Origin: an uncultured Pseudomonadales bacterium
GTDB taxonomy: Bacteria; Patescibacteriota; Microgenomatia; UBA1400; CAYNFZ01
Direction: 5' to 3'
DNA: 64,000 nucleotides
Assembly: GCA_964398525.1 (NCBI GenBank)
Contig: CAYNMS010000002.1
Location: forward strand, 2,403 to 66,402
In this document: piece after piece, positions 49,330 to 59,300 of the stretch
How the letters are laid out: every line of letters starts with the position of its first letter
Numbering within the stretch: position 1 is the first letter of the stretch
Position numbers and translations under genes: made by a program
The notes under the pieces: model-generated
The model's input: only the letters and a program-made list of their open reading frames with translations
What the model was told of the DNA's origin: nothing
Database searches by the model: none

Positions 49330-51162
49330 GTGGTTATAATAGCATCTATGAAGCAAGCTGTGCAAGATAAAAGCAAGAGACTAAAAAAGATAGCCTTGGA
49401 AGTGGTAAAAAACCGTTGGTGGCAGTTAGTGGGTGGTTTGATAATTTTGACGGGAATGATGGGAGTGATTATTTGGATGACTTGGCAGGAGCGGGTTTTG
49501 CCAGGAGTTGAGATTGCTGGATTTAAGGCTTCGGGATACACCAGAGAAGAGCTGGTGAAAACAATGGAAACTCTTGAGACTGATTATTTGAACCAAAAGC
49601 AGAAGTGGTATGAATTTAGACTACCTCAAGATTCGAGTCAAAGCAGCAAAATTGCGGTGGATGTGGAGAAAATAGGAGTGGTGTTTGATCCGATCAAAAC
49701 TACAGATAAGGCTTTGTTGGTGGGAAGGCGTGGGGGAATTAACGACAGATTGAGAGAAATCTGGTCTTCCTGGAGAAAAGGAGTGAATTTAACTCACGAA
49801 TTTAGCTATAACCAAGAAGCATTAAAAGAAATAGTAGAAATGATTGGAGAGGAAGTGGATAAGCCTGGAGCGGAAGCGGGGGTAGTCTGGGAAAACGAGG
49901 AAATTCAAGTACTCTCGGGTGAGAATGGTTGGGTGGTAGACAAAGAAGAGTTAGCTAAGCGAGTAGTGGCTGATGTGGCTAGAATAAACAACCAGGAATC
50001 AGTGATTGTACTCAAGGAGGAGGACAACAAACTTCAAGAAAGTGAAATTGAAGCAGTGAGAACAAGGGCAGAGCTGATAATGGAAAAAGGACTGACTATT
50101 AGAGTAGACGGAGAGGAGGATTTGGGTTGGAGTTTGACTGGAGAAGATTTGCTGGGACTGGTGGAGGTTAGGGGTGGTTGGTCAAAGGATAAAATTGAAG
50201 ATTATTTAGTTAGCATTGCTGAGAGTGTGAATCGACCGGCGCAAAATGCATTGTTTAAATTTGAAGAGGGTAGGGTGAGTGAGTTTGCTGCTGGTGTGGC
50301 TGGACTGAGTTTAAACGAAGAGGAAAGCAGACAACAGCTTGAAGAGTCACTTGAAAGGCTTGAGACTGAAGAAGTAGAAGTGGAAGCAGTACTGGTGGCA
50401 AACAAAAACGAACCGGAGATAAAAACTCCTGAGGTGAATGACTTGGGAATTAATGAGTTGATTGGTCGAGGAGACAGCACATACAGAGGCTCGATAGCAG
50501 GCAGGGTGCACAATGTGGCTTTGACTGCTTCGAAACTGAATGGAGTGCTGGTGCCACCTGGAGAGGTGTTTTCGTTTAATCAAACCATTGGGGAGGTGAG
50601 TGGAGCGACGGGGTATCAGGCGGCTTATGTGATAAAAAATGGCAGAACTGAGTTGGGTGATGGAGGTGGAGTGTGCCAGGACAGCACCACCTTGTTTAGG
50701 GCAATTTTGGATGCTGGATTGCCAGTACTGGAGAGAAAAGCGCATTCATACCGAGTGGGGTATTATGAACAAAACGACAAACCAGGGTTTGATGCGACAG
50801 TGTACTCACCGAGTGTTGATCTGAAATTTAAAAACGACACGCCGGGGCATATTTTAATCCAAGCCAAAGCTGATAGTGCAAATTTAAAGTTGGTGATAGA
50901 ACTTTATGGCACAAGTGATGGAAGGGTAGCTGAAGTGACTAACTATCAACAATGGGCGGCTGTGCCAGCCCCTCCCCCACTCTACCAGGATGATCCAACA
51001 CTACCTCCTGGGACTGTAAAACAAGTGGATTGGGCGGCAGCTGGACTGAAGGTAAAGTTTGATTACAAGGTAACCAGGGATGGTGAAGTGCTCCAAGAAG
51101 AGACGTTTTATAGCAATTTTAGGCCTTGGCAGGCAGTTTACCTTAAAGGACCTGAAGTTTAG
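49330..51162 (+). CDS. VanW-family protein
   Basis: N-terminal TM. GDGGGVCQDSTTLFRA VanW-domain motif. Confidence 0.6.
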   Translation: MVIIASMKQAVQDKSKRLKKIALEVVKNRWWQLVGGLIILTGMMGVIIWMTWQERVLPGVEIAGFKASGYTREELVKTMETLETDYLNQKQKWYEFRLPQDSSQSSKIAVDVEKIGVVFDPIKTTDKALLVGRRGGINDRLREIWSSWRKGVNLTHEFSYNQEALKEIVEMIGEEVDKPGAEAGVVWENEEIQVLSGENGWVVDKEELAKRVVADVARINNQESVIVLKEEDNKLQESEIEAVRTRAELIMEKGLTIRVDGEEDLGWSLTGEDLLGLVEVRGGWSKDKIEDYLVSIAESVNRPAQNALFKFEEGRVSEFAAGVAGLSLNEEESRQQLEESLERLETEEVEVEAVLVANKNEPEIKTPEVNDLGINELIGRGDSTYRGSIAGRVHNVALTASKLNGVLVPPGEVFSFNQTIGEVSGATGYQAAYVIKNGRTELGDGGGVCQDSTTLFRAILDAGLPVLERKAHSYRVGYYEQNDKPGFDATVYSPSVDLKFKNDTPGHILIQAKADSANLKLVIELYGTSDGRVAEVTNYQQWAAVPAPPPLYQDDPTLPPGTVKQVDWAAAGLKVKFDYKVTRDGEVLQEETFYSNFRPWQAVYLKGPEV

Positions 51163-51200
51163 GTGAAGCCAAAGTGAGGCTCTTTGTCGTCTGGTAGAAT

Positions 51201-52280
51201 TTGAGAGTGAAAATACTAGCAATTGAAACCAGTTGTGATGAGACGGCCGCTGCGGTGGTAGAGAACACGGAAACTGGAGGAGTTAAAGTCTGGGGAGAGA
51301 TGGTGGCCTCATCGGAGGAAATGCATGTTAAAACAGGTGGGGTGGTGCCTGAGGTGGCGGCCAGAGCGCAGATGGAATCGGTGGTACCGGTGGTGAAGGA
51401 AGCGATAAAAATAGCCATGAGGGTGAAAGAGGCTTCGTTAGTTAAAGTGAATGAGTGGGTAAAAACAGAGATTGAGGTGATGGCGGTAACGGTGGGGCCA
51501 GGACTGATTGGTTCTTTGTTGGTGGGAGTGGAGACGGCGAAAGCAATGGCGCTTGCCTGGGACAAACCGTTGGTGCCAGTTAACCATTTGGTGGGACACT
51601 TGTATGCGGCTTGGGTGGAGACAGATAAGCGAGAAGTGCCGGAATTGCCAGCACTGGGGCTGGTAGTAAGTGGAGGACATACGGACTTAGTGATAATGAA
51701 TAACCATCAAGACTGGGAGTATTTGGGTGGAACCAGGGATGATGCGGCGGGTGAGTGTTTGGATAAGTGTGCCCGGATACTAGGCCTCCCCTACCCCGGA
51801 GGGCCTAATGTGGCGAACTTGGCAAGTGAATACAAGGGAGTGGAACAATTGAGATTGCTGCCAAGGCCTTTGTGGGATAGTCAAGAGCTGGATTATTCAT
51901 TCTCCGGACTTAAGGTGGCAGTAGGGCGAGAAGTGGATAAGATTAAAAAAGAAAAAGGCAGGGTGAAACAAGAGGACAAAGCTAGATTGGCGGCTGAATT
52001 GGAGGAGGCAGTAACCGAGAGTTTGATAAAAAAGGTAAAAATTGCCCTCGAGAATCACCAGCTAAAAAGTTTGATTGTGGTGGGTGGGGTGGCGGCTAAT
52101 TTGAGATTGAGAAATAGATTAAATGAGTTGGTTGACGGAAAAGCTGTTAAATTATTTTTGCCTGAGTTAAAATATTGCACAGACAATGCAGTGATGGTGG
52201 GGGCGGCGGCCTTGTTTCACTACTCCCCCGTCTCAATTGATCAAGTAAAAGCTGATCCGTCGTTGTCGCTAGAAAGTTGA
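51201..52280 (+). CDS. tsaD: tRNA N6-adenosine threonylcarbamoyltransferase TsaD
   Basis: ILAIETSCDETAAAVV, HLVGHLYA, VVGGVAAN motifs. Confidence 0.88.
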   Translation: MRVKILAIETSCDETAAAVVENTETGGVKVWGEMVASSEEMHVKTGGVVPEVAARAQMESVVPVVKEAIKIAMRVKEASLVKVNEWVKTEIEVMAVTVGPGLIGSLLVGVETAKAMALAWDKPLVPVNHLVGHLYAAWVETDKREVPELPALGLVVSGGHTDLVIMNNHQDWEYLGGTRDDAAGECLDKCARILGLPYPGGPNVANLASEYKGVEQLRLLPRPLWDSQELDYSFSGLKVAVGREVDKIKKEKGRVKQEDKARLAAELEEAVTESLIKKVKIALENHQLKSLIVVGGVAANLRLRNRLNELVDGKAVKLFLPELKYCTDNAVMVGAAALFHYSPVSIDQVKADPSLSLES

Positions 52281-52286
52281 GGAAAT

Positions 52287-52703
52287 ATGGCAATAGGAAT
52301 TGAGACAGAGCATGTTACTCCCCCAACAACAAACCATAATGAAGGTCGATTGCACAAGGCTTTTTACAGAGTAAGAAAGTTTCTAGGGTTAGAACAACAA
52401 CAAAACAAAGAGGGTGAAAGTGGTGTGTCCTCGGATAAAAGTGAAGTTGACCTGTTTGAGAATGATAAGGATGGTGTTGTGGGTGTGGCGGGATACACAC
52501 AAAATGAAGTTCGACAGATTCGAGAGTGGGCAGCTCAGGCTAGAGAACGCAATGCTGGTGTATACACACCCGAACCTAGGGTGAGCCCACAAAGACCTGG
52601 AAGATCAAGAACTGATGAGGATAAGGGTGGTTCAGTCAAAGTAGACCGGAAACAAACAAACGATTGGATCACAAGGCAAACTAGACAGGGAGGTCGTGGC
52701 TGA
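52287..52703 (+). CDS. Hypothetical small hydrophilic, Arg-rich protein
   Basis: 138 aa, low complexity, disordered-looking. 6 nt after the tsaD stop. Confidence 0.35.
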   Translation: MAIGIETEHVTPPTTNHNEGRLHKAFYRVRKFLGLEQQQNKEGESGVSSDKSEVDLFENDKDGVVGVAGYTQNEVRQIREWAAQARERNAGVYTPEPRVSPQRPGRSRTDEDKGGSVKVDRKQTNDWITRQTRQGGRG

Positions 52704-52706
52704 GTT

Positions 52707-52715
52707 TGGTATAAT
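52707..52715 (+). promoter_or_regulatory. Extended -10 promoter element (TGgTATAAT) for the valS leader
   Basis: tttggtataattgg. Perfect TATAAT with upstream TG. Confidence 0.4.
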
Positions 52716-52719
52716 TGGT

Positions 52720-52908
52720 CAAAACCAGGCTGGGAATGATGTCGCCCGGCCGTCCCGCAAGGGAGAGTGGAAGAAGAAAAGGGAAACCTGATTAGAACTT
52801 CCCGGGTAAGCCCGTAACAGCAGGAATAAGTCTGAGGTTGGTGGTTGCCAACCAAAGATCAAAGGTGGTACCTTCTCGTTAGAGAACCTTGAAGGCCATC
52901 TTTTTTTG
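52720..52908 (+). ncRNA. Structured leader, T-box-like antiterminator element upstream of the valS operon
   Basis: AAAGG-UGGUACC-UUCUC(GUUA)GAGAA-CCUUGA reproduces the T-box antiterminator layout: A1 helix, 7-nt UGGNACC bulge able to pair the tRNA ACCA end, A2 hairpin. Upstream are a 6-bp stem ggttgg/ccaacc and a GUC codon-like triplet. Followed by UUUUUUU and a GAGGAGG SD. Confidence 0.35.
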
Positions 52909-52924
52909 TAATTAGAGGAGGATT

Positions 52925-53296
52925 ATGTCAAAAATTGAGACCTATTTTGCTTCGGGTGACACTGGTAATGATAAAAATGGGAGAGTAATAAATGGAGACA
53001 CGATCCTAAATGAAAGCAGCCAAGACCAATTTGCAGCCGAGGAAGATTTTGCATCCTTATTAGAAGAAGGATTAGTTGATGGCCCACAGATTAGACCCAC
53101 AAGTCGTAGGGGTAAAAAAGAATCCTATCAGGTTTTACATGGTAGCCCAATAGTTCATCGCGATACTGATAACGAAAACAGTCGAATAGCTAAAGAGAGA
53201 GGGTCACGTGGTCGATCATTTGCTGAAGATGGTCTACCAAAATCAAAAAAGTGGCGAAGAAAAGCAAAACTCCCAAGAAGGAATGTGTATGAATAA
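52925..53296 (+). CDS. Hypothetical small basic protein (Lys/Arg-rich C-terminus) preceding valS
   Basis: 123 aa. Strong SD gaggagg 4 nt upstream. Stop overlaps the valS start region. Confidence 0.4.
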   Translation: MSKIETYFASGDTGNDKNGRVINGDTILNESSQDQFAAEEDFASLLEEGLVDGPQIRPTSRRGKKESYQVLHGSPIVHRDTDNENSRIAKERGSRGRSFAEDGLPKSKKWRRKAKLPRRNVYE

Positions 53297-55556
53297 ACAA
53301 TACAACCCACAAGAGCACGAAGGGAAAATTTACAAACAATGGGAAGAGAGTGGAGCTTTCTCCCCTACCGACAACCCCAAGGCTAAGCCTTTTTGCATCA
53401 TCATGCCGCCGCCGAATGCTAACGACCCCTTGCATGTAGGACATGCGATGTTTGTGACTCTTGAAGATATCTTGATTCGCTATCACCGAATGAAGGGAAA
53501 AGCGGCTTTGTGGTTGCCTGGCACAGACCATGCAGGGATTGAGACTCAGTTTGTGTTTGAGAAGAAACTAAAAGAGAAAGGCCAGAGCCGGTTTGATTTT
53601 GAGAGGGAAAAACTGTTTGAGATGATTTCTGAGTATGTAAAAGCTAACAGTGGTGTGGCGGTGGAGCAAATGAAGAAATTGGGGGCGAGCGCTGATTGGG
53701 GGAGGTATAAGTTTACGCTAGATGAGGATATTGTCGCCGATGTGATAGAAACGTTTGAAGAACTACATAAGGATGGAATGGTCTACAGAGACATGAGACT
53801 AGTGAATTACTGCACTAAGTGTGGGACGGCATATAGCGAACTGGAAGTGGAGCATGTGGAGAGAAAAGACCCGTTGTATTATATTGCCTACGGGCCGTTT
53901 ACTTTGGCCACAGTCAGGCCAGAGACTAAGTTTGGCGACACGGCAGTGGCGGTTAATCCAGACGACACCAGATATCAGGAATATGTGGGGCAGGAAATTG
54001 AGGTTGAAGGGCTACTGGGAAAGTTTAAGATGAAAGTGGTTGCTGATGAGTATGTAGATCGGGAGTTTGGAACGGGAGTAGTAAAGATTACTCCGGCTCA
54101 TGATCCCAATGATTACGAGGTGTGGCAAAGACATAAAGACGAAATACCCGGCCTTAAACAAGTGATTGGATTTGACGGCAAAATGAATGAATTGGCGGGA
54201 AATTATGAGGGGTTGAGTGTAGAACAGGCGCGAGTGAAAGTGGTAGCTGACCTCGAGTCTAAAGGTTTGTTAACAAAGGTTGACAAGGCTTACAAGCACA
54301 ATGTGGGGGTGTGTTACCGGTGTGGAAAGGTGTTGGAGCCGCTACCGATGCCTCAGTTTTTTGTCAAAACTGGCGAAATGACCAGGAGAGGATTGAAGGC
54401 TATGGACGAGGGAGAAGTTAAAGTATTTGGGGCGGGACACGACAAAATATTAAAACATTGGCTGACAAACCTCAAAGAATGGAATGTGTCAAGACAGATT
54501 GTGTGGGGTATTAGAATGCCGGTATGGTACGAGGTAAGTGAAGGTGATTTAAAGCCAGGAGAAGAACTGGAAGTGGTGTTTTTGGATAGCAAAGGGGAAA
54601 GCCAGTCTGGGGAAATAAGAGAGATGCTTAAAAAATTTGAGCTCAAAGAGATTGCCAGAGGGCTCCAGAGTTTGAGGGCTGGGGTGGGGGCAAAATATGT
54701 GGTCTCCCCTACCGCGCCCGGAGAAGGCTATATTCAAGAGACAGATACGTTTGATACCTGGTTTTCGTCGGCACAATGGCCTTTTGTGACGCTTAAAAAC
54801 GCTAAAGAGGGTGATTTTGAGAGGTTTTACCCCACCCAAGTAATGGAGACGGCTTATGATATTTTGATGTTTTGGGTGATGAGAATGCTCATGGTGGGAA
54901 TTTATAAAACGGGAAAAGTGCCGTTTGAGAAAGTGTACTTGCATGGTTTGATTCGAGACGAGAAAGGCAAGAAAATGAGTAAGAGTAAGGGGAATGTGAT
55001 TAACCCGCTAGATGTAGTGAGTGAATACGGAGCAGATGCGCTACGAATGGCATTGGTGATTAGATCGAGTCCTGGGTTGGATAAGAATGTGGGGGAAAGG
55101 GATTTTCGAGGCATGCGAAATTTGACGAACAAGATCTGGAACGCGTCAAGGTTTGTGATCATGAGCATGGAAGACAAAGACGTGACCGGCTCGAGTGGAG
55201 AGGGAGATGGAGAATTTAGAGAGAAACTGGATGAGATCGTGGCTTCGGTTGGCCAACAATTGGAAGACTTACGCCTAGGATTGGCGGCGGAGACGGTTTA
55301 CAACGAGTTTTGGCATTGGTTTTGTGATGAGGGAATCGAAAAGGCTAAAAAGGGTGAGGTTTCATACAAAGCACTGCTTGAAGGATTGGTGGTGTTTTTG
55401 AAACTAATGCATCCGTTTGTGCCGTTTGTGACGGAGGCAGTGTATCAAGAGTTGAAAAACAACAGAAAAGTAAAAGATGTTGGTGGAGAATGGTTGAAAT
55501 CAGAAATGTTGATTTCAGCTTTGTGGCCTGAAAGCAAAACAAAATACTCAAGTTGA
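53289..55556 (+). CDS. valS: Valyl-tRNA synthetase (short form without C-terminal coiled coil)
   Basis: PPPNANDPLHVGHA (HIGH), KMSKSKGN (KMSKS), editing-domain motifs. Start chosen at MNKQYNPQ with an AAGGA SD. The ORF-track start at 53208 is an upstream extension. Confidence 0.9.
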   Translation: MNKQYNPQEHEGKIYKQWEESGAFSPTDNPKAKPFCIIMPPPNANDPLHVGHAMFVTLEDILIRYHRMKGKAALWLPGTDHAGIETQFVFEKKLKEKGQSRFDFEREKLFEMISEYVKANSGVAVEQMKKLGASADWGRYKFTLDEDIVADVIETFEELHKDGMVYRDMRLVNYCTKCGTAYSELEVEHVERKDPLYYIAYGPFTLATVRPETKFGDTAVAVNPDDTRYQEYVGQEIEVEGLLGKFKMKVVADEYVDREFGTGVVKITPAHDPNDYEVWQRHKDEIPGLKQVIGFDGKMNELAGNYEGLSVEQARVKVVADLESKGLLTKVDKAYKHNVGVCYRCGKVLEPLPMPQFFVKTGEMTRRGLKAMDEGEVKVFGAGHDKILKHWLTNLKEWNVSRQIVWGIRMPVWYEVSEGDLKPGEELEVVFLDSKGESQSGEIREMLKKFELKEIARGLQSLRAGVGAKYVVSPTAPGEGYIQETDTFDTWFSSAQWPFVTLKNAKEGDFERFYPTQVMETAYDILMFWVMRMLMVGIYKTGKVPFEKVYLHGLIRDEKGKKMSKSKGNVINPLDVVSEYGADALRMALVIRSSPGLDKNVGERDFRGMRNLTNKIWNASRFVIMSMEDKDVTGSSGEGDGEFREKLDEIVASVGQQLEDLRLGLAAETVYNEFWHWFCDEGIEKAKKGEVSYKALLEGLVVFLKLMHPFVPFVTEAVYQELKNNRKVKDVGGEWLKSEMLISALWPESKTKYSS

Positions 55557-55572
55557 ATGGTTGAAACAAAAA

Positions 55573-55592
55573 GGCGCCGGATGTCCGGCGCC
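55573..55592. terminator. GC-rich hairpin between valS (+) and rplY (-); terminator for rplY, possibly bidirectional
   Basis: ggcgccgg-atgt-ccggcgcc 8-bp stem. On the minus strand it is followed by TTTTTGTTTC. Confidence 0.6.
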
Positions 55593-55618
55593 AGGAATAA
55601 CGAATTTTAGTGACTCCC

Positions 55619-56287
55619 CTACTCGGCATTTTTGTCAGAAGCCTGAGCAGAATCTTCAGCTTCTGGGGTTTCTGGGGCTGTGGCTGCTTCTTCGCCCTCA
55701 GTTTCAACTGGTTCTGGTTCTTCTTCCTCGGCCTGCTGCTCTTGAATAAGAACAATGGGGGTTTCGGGGTCGGTTTGAATTTCAACCTTAGTGCCGATTT
55801 TGAGGTCAGCGACAGTTATGGTGTCGCCGATGTTTGCTAGACCGGAAATGTCTACCTGAATAGATTCCGGTAGATCGGTAGGTAGGGCCTCGACTTCAAT
55901 TTCATCTAAAGGAGTAACCAGGACTCCATCTTTTTCTTTAATAGCGGGAGATTCACCAATGATTTCGATGGGAATATTGGCTGTGACTTTTTCTTTCAAA
56001 TTTACTTGGCGAAAATCAACATGAAGCGGCTTACCACTGACCGGGTCGTGATGGATTTGGCCAATAAGGACGGGGTGGTTTTTGGTGTCGACAACCAAAT
56101 CTACTAAACCAGTTTCTCCCTCTTGTTGGTAAACTTTTGTAAACGAAACAGTGTCAACCTGAAGAGCCTGAGATTTAATCTTGTTGCCAAAAAGGTTGGA
56201 GGGCAAAATGCCTTGTCGACGAAGGCGGTTGATCTTGCGACCAAAAAGTTCGCGCTTTTGAGCCTTAAGCTGGGTTCTTTGTGCCAT
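55619..56287 (-). CDS. rplY: 50S ribosomal protein L25/general stress protein Ctc (start corrected to internal Met)
   Basis: MAQRTQLKAQKRELFGRKINRLRRQGILPSNLFG... L25 N-terminus, acidic C-terminal tail. cat at 56285-56287. Confidence 0.8.
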   Translation of the reverse strand: MAQRTQLKAQKRELFGRKINRLRRQGILPSNLFGNKIKSQALQVDTVSFTKVYQQEGETGLVDLVVDTKNHPVLIGQIHHDPVSGKPLHVDFRQVNLKEKVTANIPIEIIGESPAIKEKDGVLVTPLDEIEVEALPTDLPESIQVDISGLANIGDTITVADLKIGTKVEIQTDPETPIVLIQEQQAEEEEPEPVETEGEEAATAPETPEAEDSAQASDKNAE

Positions 56288-56352
56288 GAAAGTAGATGTG
56301 TGATTGATGATTGGGTGGAAAGGAAAAACGACTTTCCAGAGGTGAAATTTTA

Positions 56353-59300
56353 TCACTGGCGAGGACTAAACTCAAACTGGAAGCTTTGATCTGAGGAAAT
56401 TGTTTGAGAATATTTTATTAAGTCCTGAGTTGAAAACTGGATTGGTAGAGAAGTTGGATAATAGTTTGGAGGTGGAATAATTTGAAGATTGAAAATGTAA
56501 GGGGCAACACCTGGTTGATAATCGTAGAAATAGTTTAAGTTAAAATTGGTTTTTAAAAGAGATAAGGGTAGATGATAATCAACAACAAGAGTTGAAGTGG
56601 TTGAAGGTGAGACATCTAAGAGAAGACCTAAAACTAAGAAATTGTGTTGAATGCTGGTGTCGTATTGGTCTATTTTTAGAAGGGTCTCACCAACTTTTAC
56701 AGTATTAATTTGAGCAGATTGAGGCAAGTAAAGCCTGAGGTAATTTTTATAACTGCCTAAAGGCCAATTTGCCGAATCGGCGGAGTTGGTGAAATTAATT
56801 TGAAGAGTCTCCCCCACTTGGTTGGGTTGGGAAAAATCCAGGAGATGGCTGACCTGGCGATTAATGAAGGGGTTGATTTTGTTAACACCCACATTGGCTT
56901 CGACGAGCGAAAAATGAGTAGAGTGACAAGGCTCAGACAAACAGTGGTTGGGTGTAAGTGGGTTGGTGAAGTGGGTTTGATTCAGTGACTGATTGCTTTC
57001 TGGTTTTAAGGGGTAAAGGGTGAGGGGTTGTTGGGGAAGGGTTTGCAGAAGAGCTTGGGAGAGAAGGGAATAATTGGTCTGGGGTGATGACAGGTTGGAG
57101 AATAGTTGTTGAAAAAGAAGGGTAAGAAAATCTGATTGTGCCTGGTCGGCTGAATCGACCAGGTGGTTTCTTTGGAGGGAAAGGTAATTTTGTGAATTAA
57201 CCGGCTGAGAAATTGAAGGGGGGGTAAGAGGTCCAGTGATGTCGAGCAGAGGAGTAAATAGGTTGGAGTTTAGAAGGAGAATATAATCGACATTAAAGTT
57301 GGTTTGCTTTTGATAAAACCAAGCAATTCGTTTGGCAGTGGTGGCAGTATCCGGATCCCAGTTTACATCTCTTAAAAACCAACTTGATTCACCCAAAAAT
57401 TGTTTGACTGCCAGTGGGGGTTCGACGTGTCCCAAAAGTTTGTTGTCCAGAGAAGAGACGTCTCCGATCTCGACCGAGATGAGTTTGCCTTGATTGAGAG
57501 TAAGATCGGCGTAGGTGGTAATAAAGCCGCCAGTGGGACGAAGCTCGGAAGTGTCTTGGACTAGAACAAGTATTCGCTGAGGTGTAGAGGAGGAGAAAAT
57601 CGGGCCGAATTGTGTAAAAAGCTGGTGTTGGGAAAATAGGGCGGACTTGACATGGGTGAGTTTGGACGAGGCTTGGTCGAGGTTCAAACTCGACAAAAAT
57701 GATGACTCCCCTACTTCTAAGAATTGTTTTTGGTGAGCTTCGAGTTGGGAGATGGAACGAAAGGCTTTGAGTGAGTCTGTGGTGGCTTTGGTTAAATAAC
57801 TGCTTTCAAGGTTTGTGTTTGGATCAAAGAGGGCTTGGAGTAAAGATCCGGTTGAGATTTGAGCCTGTGCCAAGTCGTTTAAACTACTGGAAAATGAATG
57901 GGTGTAATTTAGTTGAGTTTGAAATGAGTGGGCAGTTTGTTGACCAAACACCATGGATACGGGTGATTGAATGACGTTGAAGGCTAACCTAAGTGTATTT
58001 AAAGTTGGATTAAGAAACGAAGTGTGGCTGAGGATTTCTTGTGGTGGAGAAAATATTAGTTCGGGAAGAACACGAAGTTTTTGAGTAAAAATAAAAAGTG
58101 CAGTTAACACAATTAAAACTAAGGCAGATAGTGTCCCCAAAAACGCCACGACTCGACGACGGGGGTTTTTGGGTTTGATCGAAGGAAAATTAAAGCGCCG
58201 AGATTTTTTGGGGTTGGAGGTTACGCCAAGGGATTGGAGGGTGAATTGTTTGTGATCTTGGTTGGTGAAGGAAGTGAGAGGGGGGGTGGGTGGTTTAAGG
58301 TTAGAGGGTGTTTCAGGGTTTGGTTGGAGACTAATTTTTTGATTGTTGGGGGGTGAGGTGAAAATGAGATGGTTTGGGTCTGTTTTTTTGAGGGTGACAG
58401 GTTGGGTGACAATTGGATTCGGGGGTGGGGTGGGTGATGATGGTTGTTTCTTTGAATGGTTGGTGGAAATGGACTCTGATTTGTGCCGAGTTTCCTGTGA
58501 AAATCCCAACTGAGGATGGGCTTTGTACCAAGAAACGGTTTCAGATAAGTGGGTAGAAATGTCAGTGGGAGGAAGCCACGACAATTGCTGCCAGGTAGCT
58601 TGAATTTGCTGCCATAATTCTGGATGATCTTGATAATTAAATTTTGAAGCAGAAAGTGAAGGAGAGGGGGGAGAAACTTCAGTTATTTGTTGGAGCTTTG
58701 AGACAAGATCACGTACCAATAGAGGTTGACCACCAAGTTGAAAAATTTTGCCAACAGAATCTGAACTAAGCAGGCTTTTGACAATGGCTTGGGTGGCGGA
58801 GGCTAAATGAAGTGGGTAGATAGTGGTATCTAAAGAAGGATAATCTAAAAGGTCTGGTGCCAGAGTGGATAGAAAAATTGGAGTGAGAGGATTATTGGTC
58901 TGTGAGACTACAGCTCGCCCAAAAAGATGGTTGGTGACAATGAAGCGGAGATTTTGTTGATGATTGACGAGCCGAGAAGAGATAAATGTTTGAAGACGAT
59001 CGAAGTCAGATTCTTGATCTGAATCAGGTAGGGGAGGGGGGGAAATAATGGCAAGTTTGGCGGAAATGGGGAAAAGACCAAAAAAGCGATCGAGTGATTC
59101 AAAATCGGGATGTTGAGGAGAAAAAACAAAAAAACCATAGTGGGGTGTTTGGGTGGTGTCGGTGATGGAGGTAAGGTGGGTGGTTTCTGGCAAATCTATG
59201 ATTTGATCAAAAATGTGGGTGTCTAAAAAATCCGATTTGGGTCCGACAAGAGTAACACCAAGCCCTCGAGACAACAGATCACGGGCAAGGAATAATCCAA

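Noticed and set aside
52720-52908. Considered SRP RNA, RNase P RNA or 6S RNA for the structured valS leader
   Set aside because: It lacks the SRP domain-IV AGGAAGCAGCC motif and the RNase P CR-I/CR-V motifs. The UGGUACC bulge/antiterminator layout and its position before an aaRS gene fit a T-box-type leader better, though this is still tentative.
55345-55785. 146-aa ORF spanning the valS/rplY junction and other internal antisense ORFs (e.g. 4255-4497, 21772-22281, 42871-43182)
   Set aside because: These are shadow frames of strongly conserved genes (valS, rplY, dnaK, metG, groEL) with low-complexity translations.
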